DNA of 62,712 nt, filler included, from Collodictyon triciliatum (lineage: Eukaryota): assembly GCA_043381765.1 (NCBI GenBank). It is 21 parts of 21 records of this genome, joined end to end, with 100 filler letters (N's around TTAATTAATTAA, not from the genome) between each part and the next. Parts side by side here need not be neighbours in the genome. Positions count along the whole stretch, not along the records: positions 14,975 to 17,867 come from JBHJMP010008113.1; positions 17,968 to 20,859 come from JBHJMP010008114.1; positions 20,960 to 23,851 come from JBHJMP010008115.1; positions 23,952 to 26,843 come from JBHJMP010008116.1; positions 26,944 to 29,833 come from JBHJMP010008117.1; positions 29,934 to 32,828 come from JBHJMP010008118.1; positions 32,929 to 35,819 come from JBHJMP010008119.1; 14 more parts are not named here. The stretch is one strand, 5' to 3'. Position 1 is the stretch's first letter, and each line of letters begins with the position of its first letter. The notes under the pieces were generated by a model that saw nothing but the letters and a program-made list of their open reading frames with translations, had not been told where the DNA came from and searched no databases. The position numbers and the translations under genes are program-made. Shown here piece after piece: positions 16,987 through 33,077 of this stretch.

Positions 16987-17438
16987 TTATTTTCTGGGTG
17001 CGGGTTGGTGCTGGGTGATGCAGTGGATGTTGCCGCCGCCAAGAAGAATCTCCCGGGAGTATATCTAAAAACATGGAGAGATTAAGCACTCCATCTCAAT
17101 TGGAACTGGCTACGAGGAGATGTGGATTATGGAATCGTAGAGGATGTCTTTTGCAGAGGGAGTTTTTTTTCTCTTTCAAATTAGAGAGACACAAAGTTGT
17201 TTCGGGCACATCCGGTGCCTGCTTGGTTTGTAGGCGTGTGGAAACTCACAGGGACGATTTCGCGGTCGGGGAAGAGTTCCTTCATCTTCTCCACGGCCTT
17301 CTGGTCATACACCGGGTCATTAAACACCGGGAGAATGACGGCACCGTTAACAAGCAGACAGTTGACATAGGATGCAGCCAAGCGTTCGCCAGGCTGGCGA
17401 CTCAAGCCATCGCCAGAGTCGACAGTGTCCGCTTCCTC
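16987..17438 (-). CDS. aguA: Agmatine deiminase (PPAD/AgDI family), last two exons
   Basis: GERLAASYVNCLLVNGAVILPVFNDPVYDQKAVEKMKELFPDREIVP|IYSREILLGGGNIHCITQHQP* contains the RLAASYVN and GGGNIHCITQ catalytic-Cys signatures, with a GT-AG intron. The symbol is the bacterial name. Confidence 0.93.
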
Positions 17439-18089
17439 CTGGGGTGACAGACAGGGATTCACTCATAGGCAGCGACAAGGACACAGAAACATCCGCACGT
17501 AGATGCGTTGAAGACAATAGAGAGAAATAAAATAGAGAAATAAAATAGAGAAATAAAATAGAGAAATAAAATAGAGAAATAAAAAAAGAGAAATAAAAAA
17601 AGAGAAATAAAAAAAGAGAAATAAAAAAAGAGAAATAAAAAAAGAGAAATAAAAAAGAGAAAAAAAAAAAGAGAAAAAAAAAAGAGAAAAAAAAAAGAAA
17701 AAAAAAAAAGAGAAATAAAAAAAGAGAAATAAAAAAAGAGAAATAAAAAAAGAGAAATAAAAAAAGAGAAATAAAAAAGAGAAATAAAAAAGAGAAATAA
17801 AAAAGAGAAATAAAAAAGAGAAATAAAAAGAGAAATAAAAAAAGAGAAATAAAAAAAGAGAAATAAANNNNNNNNNNNNNNNNNNNNNNNNNNNNNNNNN
17901 NNNNNNNNNNNTTAATTAATTAANNNNNNNNNNNNNNNNNNNNNNNNNNNNNNNNNNNNNNNNNNNNTTTCTCTCTTCTCTCTTCTCTCTTCTCTCTTCT
18001 CTCTTCTCTCTTCTCTCTTCTCTCTTCTCTCTTCTCTCTTCTCTCTTCTCACTTCTCTCTTCTCTCTTCTTTTATCTCTTTTCCTTCCA

Positions 18090-18907
18090 GGTGCAACTCT
18101 ACAAAGAAGGACCGGCAGACTCGTGGGTGTCTGTCTCTGTCCTTTCCGAAACATCGCAGGCGCCTTCGGCCGAAGCTCCAAACACAAGTGCGTAGGCAAA
18201 CACGCGTTTTGTGCTCTTCACTTCTCGATACACTCTGCGGCTTCTGTTCACCTGTGGGGCTTCGCGCCTCCTTTCACGCTCACTCGCACTATCACATCGT
18301 TAAACGAAAACAGAATATAAAGAACAAGAAAAAAAACCAGAGAAGATAAGCATTCCATGATGAACACATGTGTGCGAACTGTATACCTAGTTATCTCTGC
18401 AATGTCTGTTTTTTGTTGGTTGATTGAATGATTGACTGATTTTTCTAATGCGATGGGGAATGAAAATCAGGTGCAGAGCGGCTGGTAGGCTATCGAACCG
18501 AAAGAGGAGAGGGGCGCTCAATAGACGGCTCCGTCACCATCTCATTTTTTTCCTCGCTGTTGTTATTGTTTACTTTATGACGATTTATTGGTATTTTTCA
18601 CATCTATTTATCTACTTTACTGATAAACCAGAATGAGACTAATGTGCGCTCTGTTGAGGAAAAGAGTTTGGAGACTGAATTGCACGAGATAGTGTATGTA
18701 CAGAGACCAGGATGTTCGAAGAAATGCTTGAACAGGAGGAATGAGTTGATTATGAAGGAACGAGAAAGCGGCCAAGCAAAGATAGCTGAGGAAAAGAAAA
18801 AGAAAAATGGAACTAAAAATCCGCAAACCCTCCCGAGCTGCGCTGCTCCTTCAGCTCTGTGCGGCGGCGGCGGCGACATCCGGACAGGAAGGCTGCGTCT
18901 GAGGTGA
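18090..18907 (+). CDS. 3' exons of an unknown gene (tentative)
   Basis: Phase-compatible GT-AG exons VQLYKEGPADSWVSVSVL...|SAERLVGYRTERG...|NETNVRSVEEKSLETELHEI...; no family recognised. Confidence 0.3.
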
Positions 18908-20578
18908 GGTCCACGCACGACTTTGCGACGGGCAGCGTGTGCTGCGGGAACGAGGATTCAAGGACGTTAGCGCAGCGGTAGACGGGCAGCAGCTTCTGCC
19001 GGGTGTGATTCACAACGTTCAGCATCCACAGCACCGTCTGCTTCTGCTTGTCGCTGAGGCCGAGGCCGATGTTGCGGTAGTCTGCGTAGAAGAAGTAGCA
19101 CTTGCTACTGCCAGGATAACGCTTGGTTACAAGCTCGAAGTAGGCCACGCCTGGATAAGACGATATGAGGGTCAGTCGGTGTTTGATTGTAGTTGGAGGT
19201 TGGATGCATACTATATACTGTGTGTGACTTTCATATCTTTGGTTTTGCAAAGGAGTTGGGGGATGTTGTAGAATATTTTGCTTCATTTCTTATATATATT
19301 TAATTTCATTAGATTTATTGGAAAGCAAGGTGTAACTGTAGATATATTATCAAGCCAACCTTCTGACGACAGAACAGCAGAATGGCGCGGTGTCTCTGAG
19401 ATGAGTGTTGGGTCGACCTTGCGCTTAGAAAAGAATTGGCATAACTCGCCATTCTCATTAATAGACACCAGAATGCGGCTGACAACAAAGGAGTCTGGAT
19501 ACATGTCTGTGGATGATGTCATCTTTTTTTCACTCTGCTTCAAGGAAGCTTCGATCTAGTGAAATAGATACACTTGAATTTCCAAATATTATTCTTTTTT
19601 TTTTCATGTACGCTCTCTACAAATCCTAGTAACATTATAGTTGGTACAGTGGGAACAAAATTGAAACATACATCTCTTTTGATGTCTGGCCATTCTTCCA
19701 GGACGAAGCGTTTGTTGAGGTCTGCGCCCTCGCTATATATCTTCCAGCGCGTGCAGATGATGAGACGATGGTATAAGTGATCTCCAAATGCCACAAATGC
19801 GTCGAATGGGCGCTGGAAAATAAAATATGCAGGACCTCCAATGGCGGCAGCGGCCGTCGGTATTGTAGCCAAGTAAGTCAGAAGATGAAAGTACTTGTAT
19901 GCTCGGCTTCCGTTCTGCATATGTATTTATAACGTGCATGATTACGACTACGCTTTTGCAGAACGGTTCAATAGATGGCTCAGATGGATTCATAACGCAC
20001 CATCCAAATGAGCAATAAACGCGCGCCTCCGACAACTATGACGATAGTCCAGATTTCCCAGACCCACCAACGAAACAAGCGGCGGTCGCGATTCAGTGTC
20101 ACACTAAGGTACATCGCGCAGTAAACCTATATGTTTGTGTTCGGTACACTTCCTAAGAACGTTTTGAAGTACATGATAGAAACATATGTTGATGAAGAGA
20201 ACTGCAACAACAAAGTAAATAAAAAAATAAAAACGAACCCAACAAAATCCGAGGATAAAGTCCGAAATGAAGACGTAGACCAAGTAGAAAGAATATTCGT
20301 CAAAACAGGCATTTTCTGTCTGAGGAAGATGACCTCGCTCTATGGTAAACTATGGAAAGGCAGTAATGTCTTTAGAATTAAACAGAACTATCGAGGTATG
20401 TCCTACGAAAATTCTCCTTTTCGATGTGTTATGTGAAGTAATTTTGAAAATGAAAATGTGTGACACGAAAGAGACAACTAGCTATCTATTTCATGTTTAC
20501 CAAGCCAGAGTGCTGATTGTCTGGGCAGAGTCTGCTCATGTGAGGACGACGAGTTTGAGTCCGGCTTCCTGTCCTGTT
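18813..20578 (-). CDS. Hypothetical membrane protein (about two TM segments), partial
   Basis: Spliced RLFRWWVWEIWTIVIVVGGARLLLIWM|NGSRAYKYFHLLTYLATIPTAAAAIGGPAYFIF...EEWPDIKRD|IEASLKQ...|GVAYFELVTKRYP..., in GC-richer exons. Confidence 0.5.
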
Positions 20579-21197
20579 TGATACCTTTTTTATACTGTTA
20601 TTTTTTATTTTTATTCGGAAGATGCAACAAGTAACGAGCATTTATATTTCACTTGGATAAAGAATGGCACAATTGTGGCTTATGGTTGACTGTCCTTGCC
20701 TGCTTTTTTATTTTTTTGTTTTTTTTGTTTTTTTATTTTTTTGTTTTATTTTTTTGTTTTATTTTTTTGTTTTATTTTTTTGTTTTATTTTTTTGTTTTA
20801 TTTTTTTGTTTTATTTTTTTGTTTTATTTTTTTGTTTTATTTTTTTGTTTTATTTTTTTNNNNNNNNNNNNNNNNNNNNNNNNNNNNNNNNNNNNNNNNN
20901 NNNTTAATTAATTAANNNNNNNNNNNNNNNNNNNNNNNNNNNNNNNNNNNNNNNNNNNNAAAAACAAAAAACAAAAAACAAAAAACAAAAAACAAAAAAC
21001 AAAAAACAAAAAAACCAAAAAAAACCAAAAAAAACCAAAAACCAAAAACAAACAAATAACAAAAAACAAACAAAACTGATTTATTTATGAATATCCCCTT
21101 CTGAGGTCTATTCACTTCTCCCTTCTGTTTTTTTTTGAACATTCAATCATCCATATTTTGTTTATTCAAATCCATAAAACTAATATCCTTTTATGAA

Positions 21198-23689
21198 TTA
21201 TTCTTTCATCCTTTCAATAGCTGGAGTTCTTTGCTCGTCAGCAAGGATTTCAACTTCTTGCGTTGGATAACCGAGGATGTGGAAGAAGTGATTCTCCAAA
21301 GTTTCAATATACGTAAGGCAATTACAAACTATGTGTCTGTTATGATGAGTAGGACAATCAGTAAAATTACAGTTTTTTTTTTTGTTGTTTCCACACAGTA
21401 ACTGGTTAAATAATTTATATATAATATCACACCAACTTGAAGGTATAAGCTGTCCAAATATTACCAATACCTGCTTAATATACTTCGCTTTTTTATTCTC
21501 TCTTCAAGAACTAAGATGATGGCCAACGACACGATGCAAATAATCAATCATGTTGGATGGAAAGTAAATACGTTATCCAGGAAAATAATGTTTCTTAGAC
21601 TAGTCTATTCGATTAATGATTTTTTCGTGCTAGCTGTATTCTGCATATTATATCACAATCTTCACTACATATTCTCTGGTATCTTGAAGATAACCTCAAG
21701 TTATACACACATACCTAATTCTGATATCTAGGAGTACCATATAGTAGGATTTTCCATGGGTATACACAAAATATGAAATTACACAACATACGAGTCGTAA
21801 TTATGTTTTTAAAGAATGTGGGATATGGGGTCCAATGTCAAATGCGTTGCTTCCCTTTTTTTTCTTCTCATAATTCTCTCCCTTCGATAAAGGTGGGATG
21901 ATATCACAGGAATTGGCGCTATTAGACCCTTCTAGGGTTCTTTCTTTAACCCTTATATGTACACACGGAGGGCGTCGGCTTGTTCCAGTAAATTCCTTAT
22001 CTAAATGAGGAGACATACTAATATACGTATTTTCAAAATATTTTCATGTCCATTTTACAAAACAGTTCTCCTTAAAGACCAAAATTCTTGGACGAGTCAC
22101 ATTTCTTACATTACACTTTTTTTTTATCCTCTATTAATTTTCTGGCATTATTGAACATATGAAATAAAAAAGAATGTGTTTACGACTGATATTAATAATC
22201 ATAAAAGCAATACTGATAATACTCTGAATCTAATAAAGGGAAACAATAATAATGATAATGATAATTATAATAATAACAGAAAATGATAGAGATTGGATAA
22301 TAAGTATTACTATTTAAATTAATAATCATAAATGTACTAAATCGTGCGCACAGATTCAAACGGTTTACAGTATTGCCGTTAGTTTGGGTGCAGACCCTAT
22401 AAGTCGTATTGTTCGAGAGCTCGGGTTCCAATACTCTGATGTTAGTTTTTGACAAAATAATGCGCTTTAATTATGCACTATTCATTTACATATTACATAA
22501 TAAATCATTTTCATGATAATATAGGAGTATTTGAGGAGCGAAATCGACGGTTCTAGGTGGACAAGGAGAAAGGCACTTGTTGAGGTACTACATACAAAAG
22601 TTTTTAACACAGACGCAATCACATTTTCTTCTGATTTTTTTTTTTTAAAGAAAAGCAATCTGAACAAACCGTGACAATACAATGAATTCCTAATCAAGAG
22701 CTCTAGTTCATAAAGACTTTATGTAGAAACTTTTTGATAATAATCTAGGAATATCTAAACCGTTTTGCATCCCATGGATTTCCACCATTCATTGGTCTTT
22801 ACGGACAACTCTTTGCTATAATGCGCCACAACTTGGACGAGAAGGTGCGCGATGGCGTCTGGGCCAATATTCGAGAATATTCATGTCATAAATTCACACA
22901 TGCGATTTATTTTCATTACCCTTTCACATACATTTCTCATTTATACTTTTACCATTCAAAACAACAACAAAAGAAAAAAAAAAGGATATCATTTCACCAT
23001 AAGAGATATTCTTAATTGACAATCGAAATGTAATTGCAGAGAGTTTTCCAATTTCTTCAGCAAAAGAAATTCCCTATTCTTGTGATGATTGCAACAGGTG
23101 ACCAGGTAGCTTCACCCATATATCCCGTCCTTGTGGTATCGAAGATTTTTTCCCTTTTATCTGTTTCAAAGTAATTATGGTATCGAAGATAATGTGTAGT
23201 TCGTCATCAATCGCATGAATTCATACCTTGGCTATTTAAGATTGTTCATACATCACATGTATTATCCTAATGCAGAAAGCTAAAACAAATGAACAAATGA
23301 ACAAATAATACAAGTAATCCGAGATTCAACCCTATATTAGTTAGTTGCTCCCTCGGGCCAGTTCCACCTTCGCGACAAGTTGCGAGCCAAGTTTATAGTG
23401 TATGAAAGGAGGTAATTGGCTACATCACGTCATTTTCTTGTGGGTTATCCTTAACCTCATAAACAACCCAAGTTAATTGATAAATTAAACTGTTGAAAAG
23501 AAACCAAAAAAAAAAGTTAATTGATAAATCTTTGTCTGTGATTCATTTACAATATAATATTCGCTCATGTCCGGCCATTTTATATGTAGTGGACACCACG
23601 TCACCGTGGAGAGACAAGACGAGGTAAACAAAGATTTGCTGGAATTCATTCAGTCGACCGGTGACATATCCAAAGCAATTCACGCAAAC
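21198..23689 (-). CDS. Partial multi-exon hypothetical protein
   Basis: Exon-like segments VCVNCFGYVTGRLNEFQQIFVYL..., DKREKIFDTTRTGYMGEATWSP|NISYD|AIAHLLVQVVAHY..., IRNLLEQADALR. The model is uncertain. Confidence 0.4.
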
Positions 23690-23721
23690 CTGTGAAAAAA
23701 ATAAATAAACAAATAAATAAA

Positions 23722-23786
<65 letters not shown>

Positions 23787-24070
23787 AAAAAAATAAAAAA
23801 AAAAATAAACAAAAAAATAAACAAAAAAATAAACAAAAAAATAAACAAAAANNNNNNNNNNNNNNNNNNNNNNNNNNNNNNNNNNNNNNNNNNNNTTAAT
23901 TAATTAANNNNNNNNNNNNNNNNNNNNNNNNNNNNNNNNNNNNNNNNNNNNAACAAAAAAAAACAAAAAACAACAAAAAACAACAAAAAACAACAAAAAA
24001 CAACAAAAAACAACAAAAAACAACAAAAAACAACAAAAACAACAAAAAACAAAACAAAAAAAACCGTGCC

Positions 24071-24819
24071 ATGTATCCGTTTCTATCGCCGAACCGGGCA
24101 CAGGTGGTCCAAAGATTAATTTTTTTGACACAAATCAAGGTGAAGAAATTCAGAAGAGACTTACTTAAGCATGAGAATTGCAGTGAGCACTTCCATCTTC
24201 ATTCAAGGCATATTTTACTAATAAATCGGCTTAATGTATATTCATATTTACATCGATAAATCATCGATAATCAAGCATACAAACTGTTTATTATTTAGGA
24301 AACATGACAGTCAGTTTTGCCAGCTGTACTTTAACAGATTAAGACTACTACAATATAATATTCGGGATGCGGCGGAAAATAAGTGGAACTCAGGTTCACT
24401 TTTCCCTTTATATTTGAATTCATACTTGCATTAGGTCAGAACTTGTTATTTCAATATCTATTATTTTAATTCACAGGAAATGAATGTACCCCTATCGCTG
24501 ATAAGGTAATCGACCTGGTCGAAGGAAAAGAATCAATTATCTTTGGAACTATATCAAAGGATATGCCCCTCAGGCCTAGCGTTATCCAACAATACGCCAA
24601 TGATGTAATTATTTTCAAAGCTTGATTTTATTCTCAAAATTTAGATTTTATTTCGAAAAAACAAAACAAAAACAAAACAAAAAAAAAAACAAAACAGCGT
24701 ATATACAAAGCAATATTTAGTATACCGCGAGCGAACATACAATAAGTATCCTATTATCGTTATTATTATAATTGTTGTTCTTCCTATTATTATTACTATT
24801 GCTATTATTATTGTTATTG

Positions 24820-24916
<97 letters not shown>

Positions 24917-26713
24917 TACTGGGTAATCGAATTAATGAAAGAAAATATGTAGAGGACAGTGAAGACGCTGGACCGTTCCAAAAATTATACTAGTGATAAA
25001 GACTCCCTTGTACTAGAGGACAATTCTGGTAGAATCCGTTTGACTGGGAGTCGCCTAAATGTGCATAAGTTTGTAACCGGTAAGATGTGTACATCCTCTG
25101 TGGAATACACCAGATACATTATATTGTTAATCATAAAAATAGCTATGCTTTTCATCGAAAGATAATCATTCCATTTCATCTAACCTGGTCTGAATTTTCT
25201 GTATTTATTTCCAGGGATTGTCGCTGCGTTTAGAGGCCAAGTTAGAGAAAATGGACAGTTTGATGTATCTGATTGGTGTTTCGTGGGCATCCCCGTTCAA
25301 CCAGTCGTCAACCCCTGTAAGTCATCTTCCATGCCATTTATTTTTAATGTGATTTAATATGTCTTTTTATGCCAGTTAAAAAAATTTTTTGGTCTCGAAC
25401 GTGCCATTTTTTATACTAATAAATCTTTTCGCGTCACTCACTGATCATCTCTCATTTTTTTCCATTCAATTTGACATATCTCAGTACCGTCAAAGAAATA
25501 CATGGCTTTCATATCTGGATTAGATATCGGATCTTCGTCGAAGAATTGTGTTGCTATGCAGCTATTGGTAGAATATCTTACTGGAAATTTGGGAAGCAGC
25601 CAAGTATTTTTAATAAATAAAACTTACAATTCGAGTATGGATATTTATCATAATTCTTTTTATCTTTAATCTATTTATAATTGGATATAAGAGAAAAATC
25701 TAATATACTTATCGCTTCATATTTACCTTTATTTTGTTTTGTTTTGTTTTTACATGTTTAGGAAAATGAATTTCAATCAAATATCGTAAAACTTGTCATA
25801 GCCGGAAACGCTTTAAATTCGCAACAAATCACCGAAGGTGTTGGGAAACAGGTGGCGTTTCATTTATGCCGAATTAATTACTTTTTTTATTTTTCTAATA
25901 TAATTTCCATCATTAAAAATAAAAAAACAAGTCAATAATAGCAATTAAAATAAATTTATTTTAAAAGCAATATTGGCAATATTAACTCAAAATTCAAGGT
26001 TGCCGGTATTCGAGAAAGGGAGGTGCAACAATCACTCTCTCATGTACGGGAACTGGATTCATTATTATTTCAGCTGTCATCCACTGTAAGACTTTGATTA
26101 TCCTTGTTTTCATCGGTTCATTTATACTATTAGCCACTAGATTGCCTAAAGCACTCTATTGCATACGTTATTGCTGTTATTCTTATGATCATTATGAATG
26201 ATATGATAAAAATGCAGTCATTTTACATATTGAATGATTAGAACCTAACCCCATATCATTCTCTCTAGATGGCGATAGACATAATGCCTGGTGAAAAAGA
26301 TGCTGCAAACTTCTCCCTACCGCAACAACCAATTCATCGTTGTGTAATTCCCTTATCCTCAAAAAATCCGTCCTTACGGTCGTGCACAAACCCCTATCAA
26401 TTCGAAGAAGATGGAATTAAGTAAGAAATGCGGATGTTTCATCTAACGTTAAAATGCATTTAATTTTTTAGCCCGATTATGGGTGACCGATTACGATAAA
26501 ATCATGCTATACATTCAATCGGTAAGGCATGCGGGCGATTCAATAATAATGTGCTTACTTGTATAATACAAATTTCCCTACTTAGTTTTTTTGGGACATC
26601 GGGGCAAACAATTGATAATCTGATGATGTTTGGTCGATTCGATTCACCGCTGGAAGCTGCTGAGCTAACCTTAGATTGGGCTCATATCGCACCTACTTGC
26701 CCTGATAGCATGA
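24071..26713 (+). CDS. POLD2: DNA polymerase delta subunit 2 (B subunit), 3'-partial
   Basis: Spliced motifs SQFCQLYFNRL, IFGTISKDMPLRPS, DSLVLEDNSGRIRL, VTG|IVAAFRG, YMAFISGL, LVIAGN, IDIMPGEKDAANFSLPQQPIH, TNPYQF, GTSGQTIDN, HIAPTCPD. Confidence 0.95.
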
Positions 26714-26748
26714 GTGTGTCTCAAAGCTTTAATCACTACTTCGGAATT

Positions 26749-26843
<95 letters not shown>

Positions 26844-27257
26844 NNNNNNNNNNNNNNNNNNNNNNNNNNNNNNNNNNNNNNNNNNNNTTAATTAATTAAN
26901 NNNNNNNNNNNNNNNNNNNNNNNNNNNNNNNNNNNNNNNNNNNTTTGTTTTGTTTTGTTTTGTTTTGTTTTGTTTTGTTTTGTTTTGTTTTGTTTTGTTT
27001 TGTTTTGTTTTGTTTTGCTTTGCTTTGCTTTGCTTTGCTTTGTTTTGCTTTGTTTTGCTTTGCTTTGCTTTGCTTTGCTTTGCTTTGCTTTGCTTTGCTT
27101 TGCCTTGCTTTGCCTTGCTTTGCCTTGCTTTGCCTTGCTTTGCTTTGCTTTGATTAGATTTGCTTTGATTTGATTTGCTTTTTATTTATTAGTCTTAAGA
27201 ATGCCGGTGCCTATATATCCACATATATGTATCCTGATAAAAGACTGTTTAAATTAC

Positions 27258-29700
<2,443 letters not shown>

Positions 29701-29760
29701 TCGTCGACTTCTGTTCTTAGTTAGCCTTGTTTATTTTTTTTTGTTTTTTTTTTGTTTTTT

Positions 29761-29833
<73 letters not shown>

Positions 29834-29934
29834 NNNNNNNNNNNNNNNNNNNNNNNNNNNNNNNNNNNNNNNNNNNNTTAATTAATTAANNNNNNNNNNN
29901 NNNNNNNNNNNNNNNNNNNNNNNNNNNNNNNNNC

Positions 29935-30029
<95 letters not shown>

Positions 30030-30060
30030 AGATATATACATAGGTAAAGAATAAATGAAC

Positions 30061-32639
30061 CGGCTCATCCTCGTTTGATTTCATCGTTTGAGGTTTAGGC
30101 TTCTTATCAGTGGTTGAGGAGGGAGGCTTTCAAATATGCAGAAATAAAATTTTAGAGTATATTGACGTTCGTTGAAAGTGCTGTCCACAGCATAGATGAG
30201 CAAATTCAGCTTGCAAAATATGTTTGAAAACATCATTTTAAGTTGATATCTAATCATATATTAAATACATGCCGCATAAAAAAGTCTTTTGGAGTTTGTA
30301 GATAGTGTATGATTTACCTTCGCTGATTTTTTTGCCTTCAAATCTTTTTGTGAAGAGCTCGTTTTTGATTGAGTGTTCGAACTCTTCTTTTCATTCACAA
30401 CTGGTGATGGGGCTGTGGACTGGTGAATTGAACAATATAAATAAAGTTGTAATTATACCTTAAAGTTGTAAATCTTCTTTGCAAATTAAAGGTTCAATAC
30501 AACTATATCGACATGTTACTAACAAAGGAAACATGGATGATAGTTCATCGAAAATTAATAATTGGATAGGGCGAGTATAAGTGAATTGAGATGTTGACTT
30601 ATCCATAGTGTATTTACCTTTCCTGAGGTATCTGTTTCGCTTGGAATTCCATTGGGATTTGTGATTTTTAGGACAGAAAAATATTGCTTGGTTGATGCCA
30701 CAGACCCTTCCTTCGGTTTTTTTTCGACTGCAGATATTTATTTTCACAAAGTGAGTTTGCGCATGCGACGGTAATCTTACTACTATAAGGCGTTGTCTAA
30801 AGGACAAAATGACCCAGTTTTTCAAGATATTAAACCTCTAACCTTGACCAGCCATCGCACTGGGAGCTCTGGAGGGTTCTCTAGATGGAGGTGATTTCGC
30901 TCGGCCTTGGTTGTTGAGCAGGTATTTTCAAATTTTGATAAAAAAAAAATTGTATTTAAATATCGGTACTTAAACAATACAATACATTTATAAATTGAAC
31001 GGTTTGACTCCAAACGATAATAGAACAGGTAAGAATGAAAAAAGGGAATACTTGGTGAATTCGACCCTGTTGCCACGGTCTTCAGGGACACAAACACAGA
31101 ATCTTCCTCGTTGCTCTGCTCCGTCACGTGTGGAGAAGGGGCGAGTCTGATTACTTCGACTGCAAAGTTTTTACGTGGTGATATTAGTAGATTTACACCT
31201 GGACATACAAAGTTGGTGACTACGATTGTTGGTGAATCTTGGAGATAAAAATTCGCGTTGAAGATGTTCATGGAGATGGAGAACGGTTGTATAAAAAAAA
31301 AATTCATGGTTGATAAGGAAAATGGACAAGTTAAACCGCATTTCTAGGTCAAAACGTAACTGTTTCCATCGGTGTAAGAAAGACTTATAAATTGAGCATC
31401 TTGAGACAAATTTGCTTGGGTTATCTGGTTGGTTGAATCGATAGTAATATAGGGAAGCAGAATTCCATTGAAGAATGATAGCATGGATATAGTCTTCTCT
31501 GAGTCTATTTTTAATGATATGGAGAGGTAGGATAAGTATATGCTGATTGTACTTGGTTTTTTTCTTATTCGATTGAAATATACTAATTGCACTTGATACT
31601 TTATGATAAATGCTTGTAAAGAGAGGAGTGGGATAAAAAAAAGGTCTTGATTTCAAATGTAATCGATTCTTAAACTCTTACATGCCATGATTACGAATAC
31701 TGGATTGACTTCGATGTAGGCACTAATCTTAACAACACAAGAAATTGAAGCAACCGCCGAACCACCGAAAACTTGTAATTTTGTTACAGTCGCCTTCGTT
31801 TTTGGCTCGACAACAACAATCTCGCCAGTTACAGTTCCATAAAACCTTTTCGAGGATAAGAAATAATGAAATGAAGACTCGTAGGAGAATATAGTTAGAA
31901 CCATGATGACGCATCAATAGCGCTACGCAAAATGTGTTCGAATAAAAATGAGGCTGTGTGTGGCATCATAGCTACTGTTTTGTATGTGGAAATTAAGAAT
32001 CAAGAATCGAATGCAGTCTTAGTATGCGAAAATGATCACAGACACGTATCCTTTTGTGCCACAGAAGCAAACAACTGAGCTGTCTCCGAAGATTGAATAT
32101 GGGTAATGGATTGGAAGGCGAGGATTTTCTCGTTCGCCCTGGGCAGACTCTTTTTCTCTCTGTCTCCTTTCAGCCTCATCGAGTGCGTTCTCGACAATCT
32201 GATTCAACATCTTGTCCAACATCCGATATGGCTGCGGCAAACGGTCCTGCCGAATATCTGGGTCAAGAAAGTCACTCTTTGCCTGGTGCAAATGTCGTTT
32301 TGAGACGCGCCGATTGGAGTGAAAGGAAGAAGAGAAGAAAGTTAATTGGATTGCGGGGCGCATTGCTCTTGAAACTAGAAAACGCAATTATTATTTTTTT
32401 ACAAGTGAAGTGAAACAAAACGAGATAGAAAAGAACAAACAAAAAAAATGTCATAAGAAAGAAAAAGTAAGATTGGATAGGATGATGATAGAAATAAGAA
32501 AATCTCTTGAAAAAACAAAGATGATGAAGAAACATACAAGCATTGCAATCCTTGGGAATGCATCTGACTCGCGAACGAGCATTGTGGGTGAAAGAATCCG
32601 AGAGTTCTGCGTTGCGGGTGGCGACTTGTTTTTATCCAT
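30061..32639 (-). CDS. WDR93: WDR93-like protein, 3'-partial
   Basis: N-terminal DRLPQPYRMLDKMLNQIVENAL resembles the WDR93 LPQP(Y/F)RM motif as recalled, and is followed by beta-rich exons. The start codon is uncertain. Confidence 0.65.
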
Positions 32640-33077
32640 CGCGCAACTTTACGGAATATTTGAAAATATGCCTGTTTGTGACACCTAACAAGCTGTCTCG
32701 ATGGTTTTATTGGTTTTTTTATTGGTTTTTTATTGGTTTTTTTATTGGTTTTTTTATTGGTTTTTTTATTGGTTTTTTTATTGGTTTTTTTATTGGTTTT
32801 TTTATTGGTTTTTTTATTGGTTATTATGNNNNNNNNNNNNNNNNNNNNNNNNNNNNNNNNNNNNNNNNNNNNTTAATTAATTAANNNNNNNNNNNNNNNN
32901 NNNNNNNNNNNNNNNNNNNNNNNNNNNNATAAAGAAAAAAGAATAAAGAATAAAGAATAAAGAATAAAGAATAAAGAATAAAGAATAAAGAATAAAGAAT
33001 AAAGAATAAAGAATAAAGAAAAAAGAAAAAAGAAAACTAAAACAAACAGACCACACAGACTAAAGAGTCGACTGGAG

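Noticed and set aside
18338-18370. U6 snRNA-like CAGAGAAGATAAGCAT
   Set aside because: The ACAGAGA box is imperfect, and there is no 5' stem-loop or internal stem-loop; likely chance.
22856-22989. U12-type AT-AC intron (ATATCCTT on the minus strand, possible AC acceptor)
   Set aside because: No TCCTTAAC-like branch site is present, and a nearby canonical GT-AG pair gives an equally good frame (NISYD|AIAHL).
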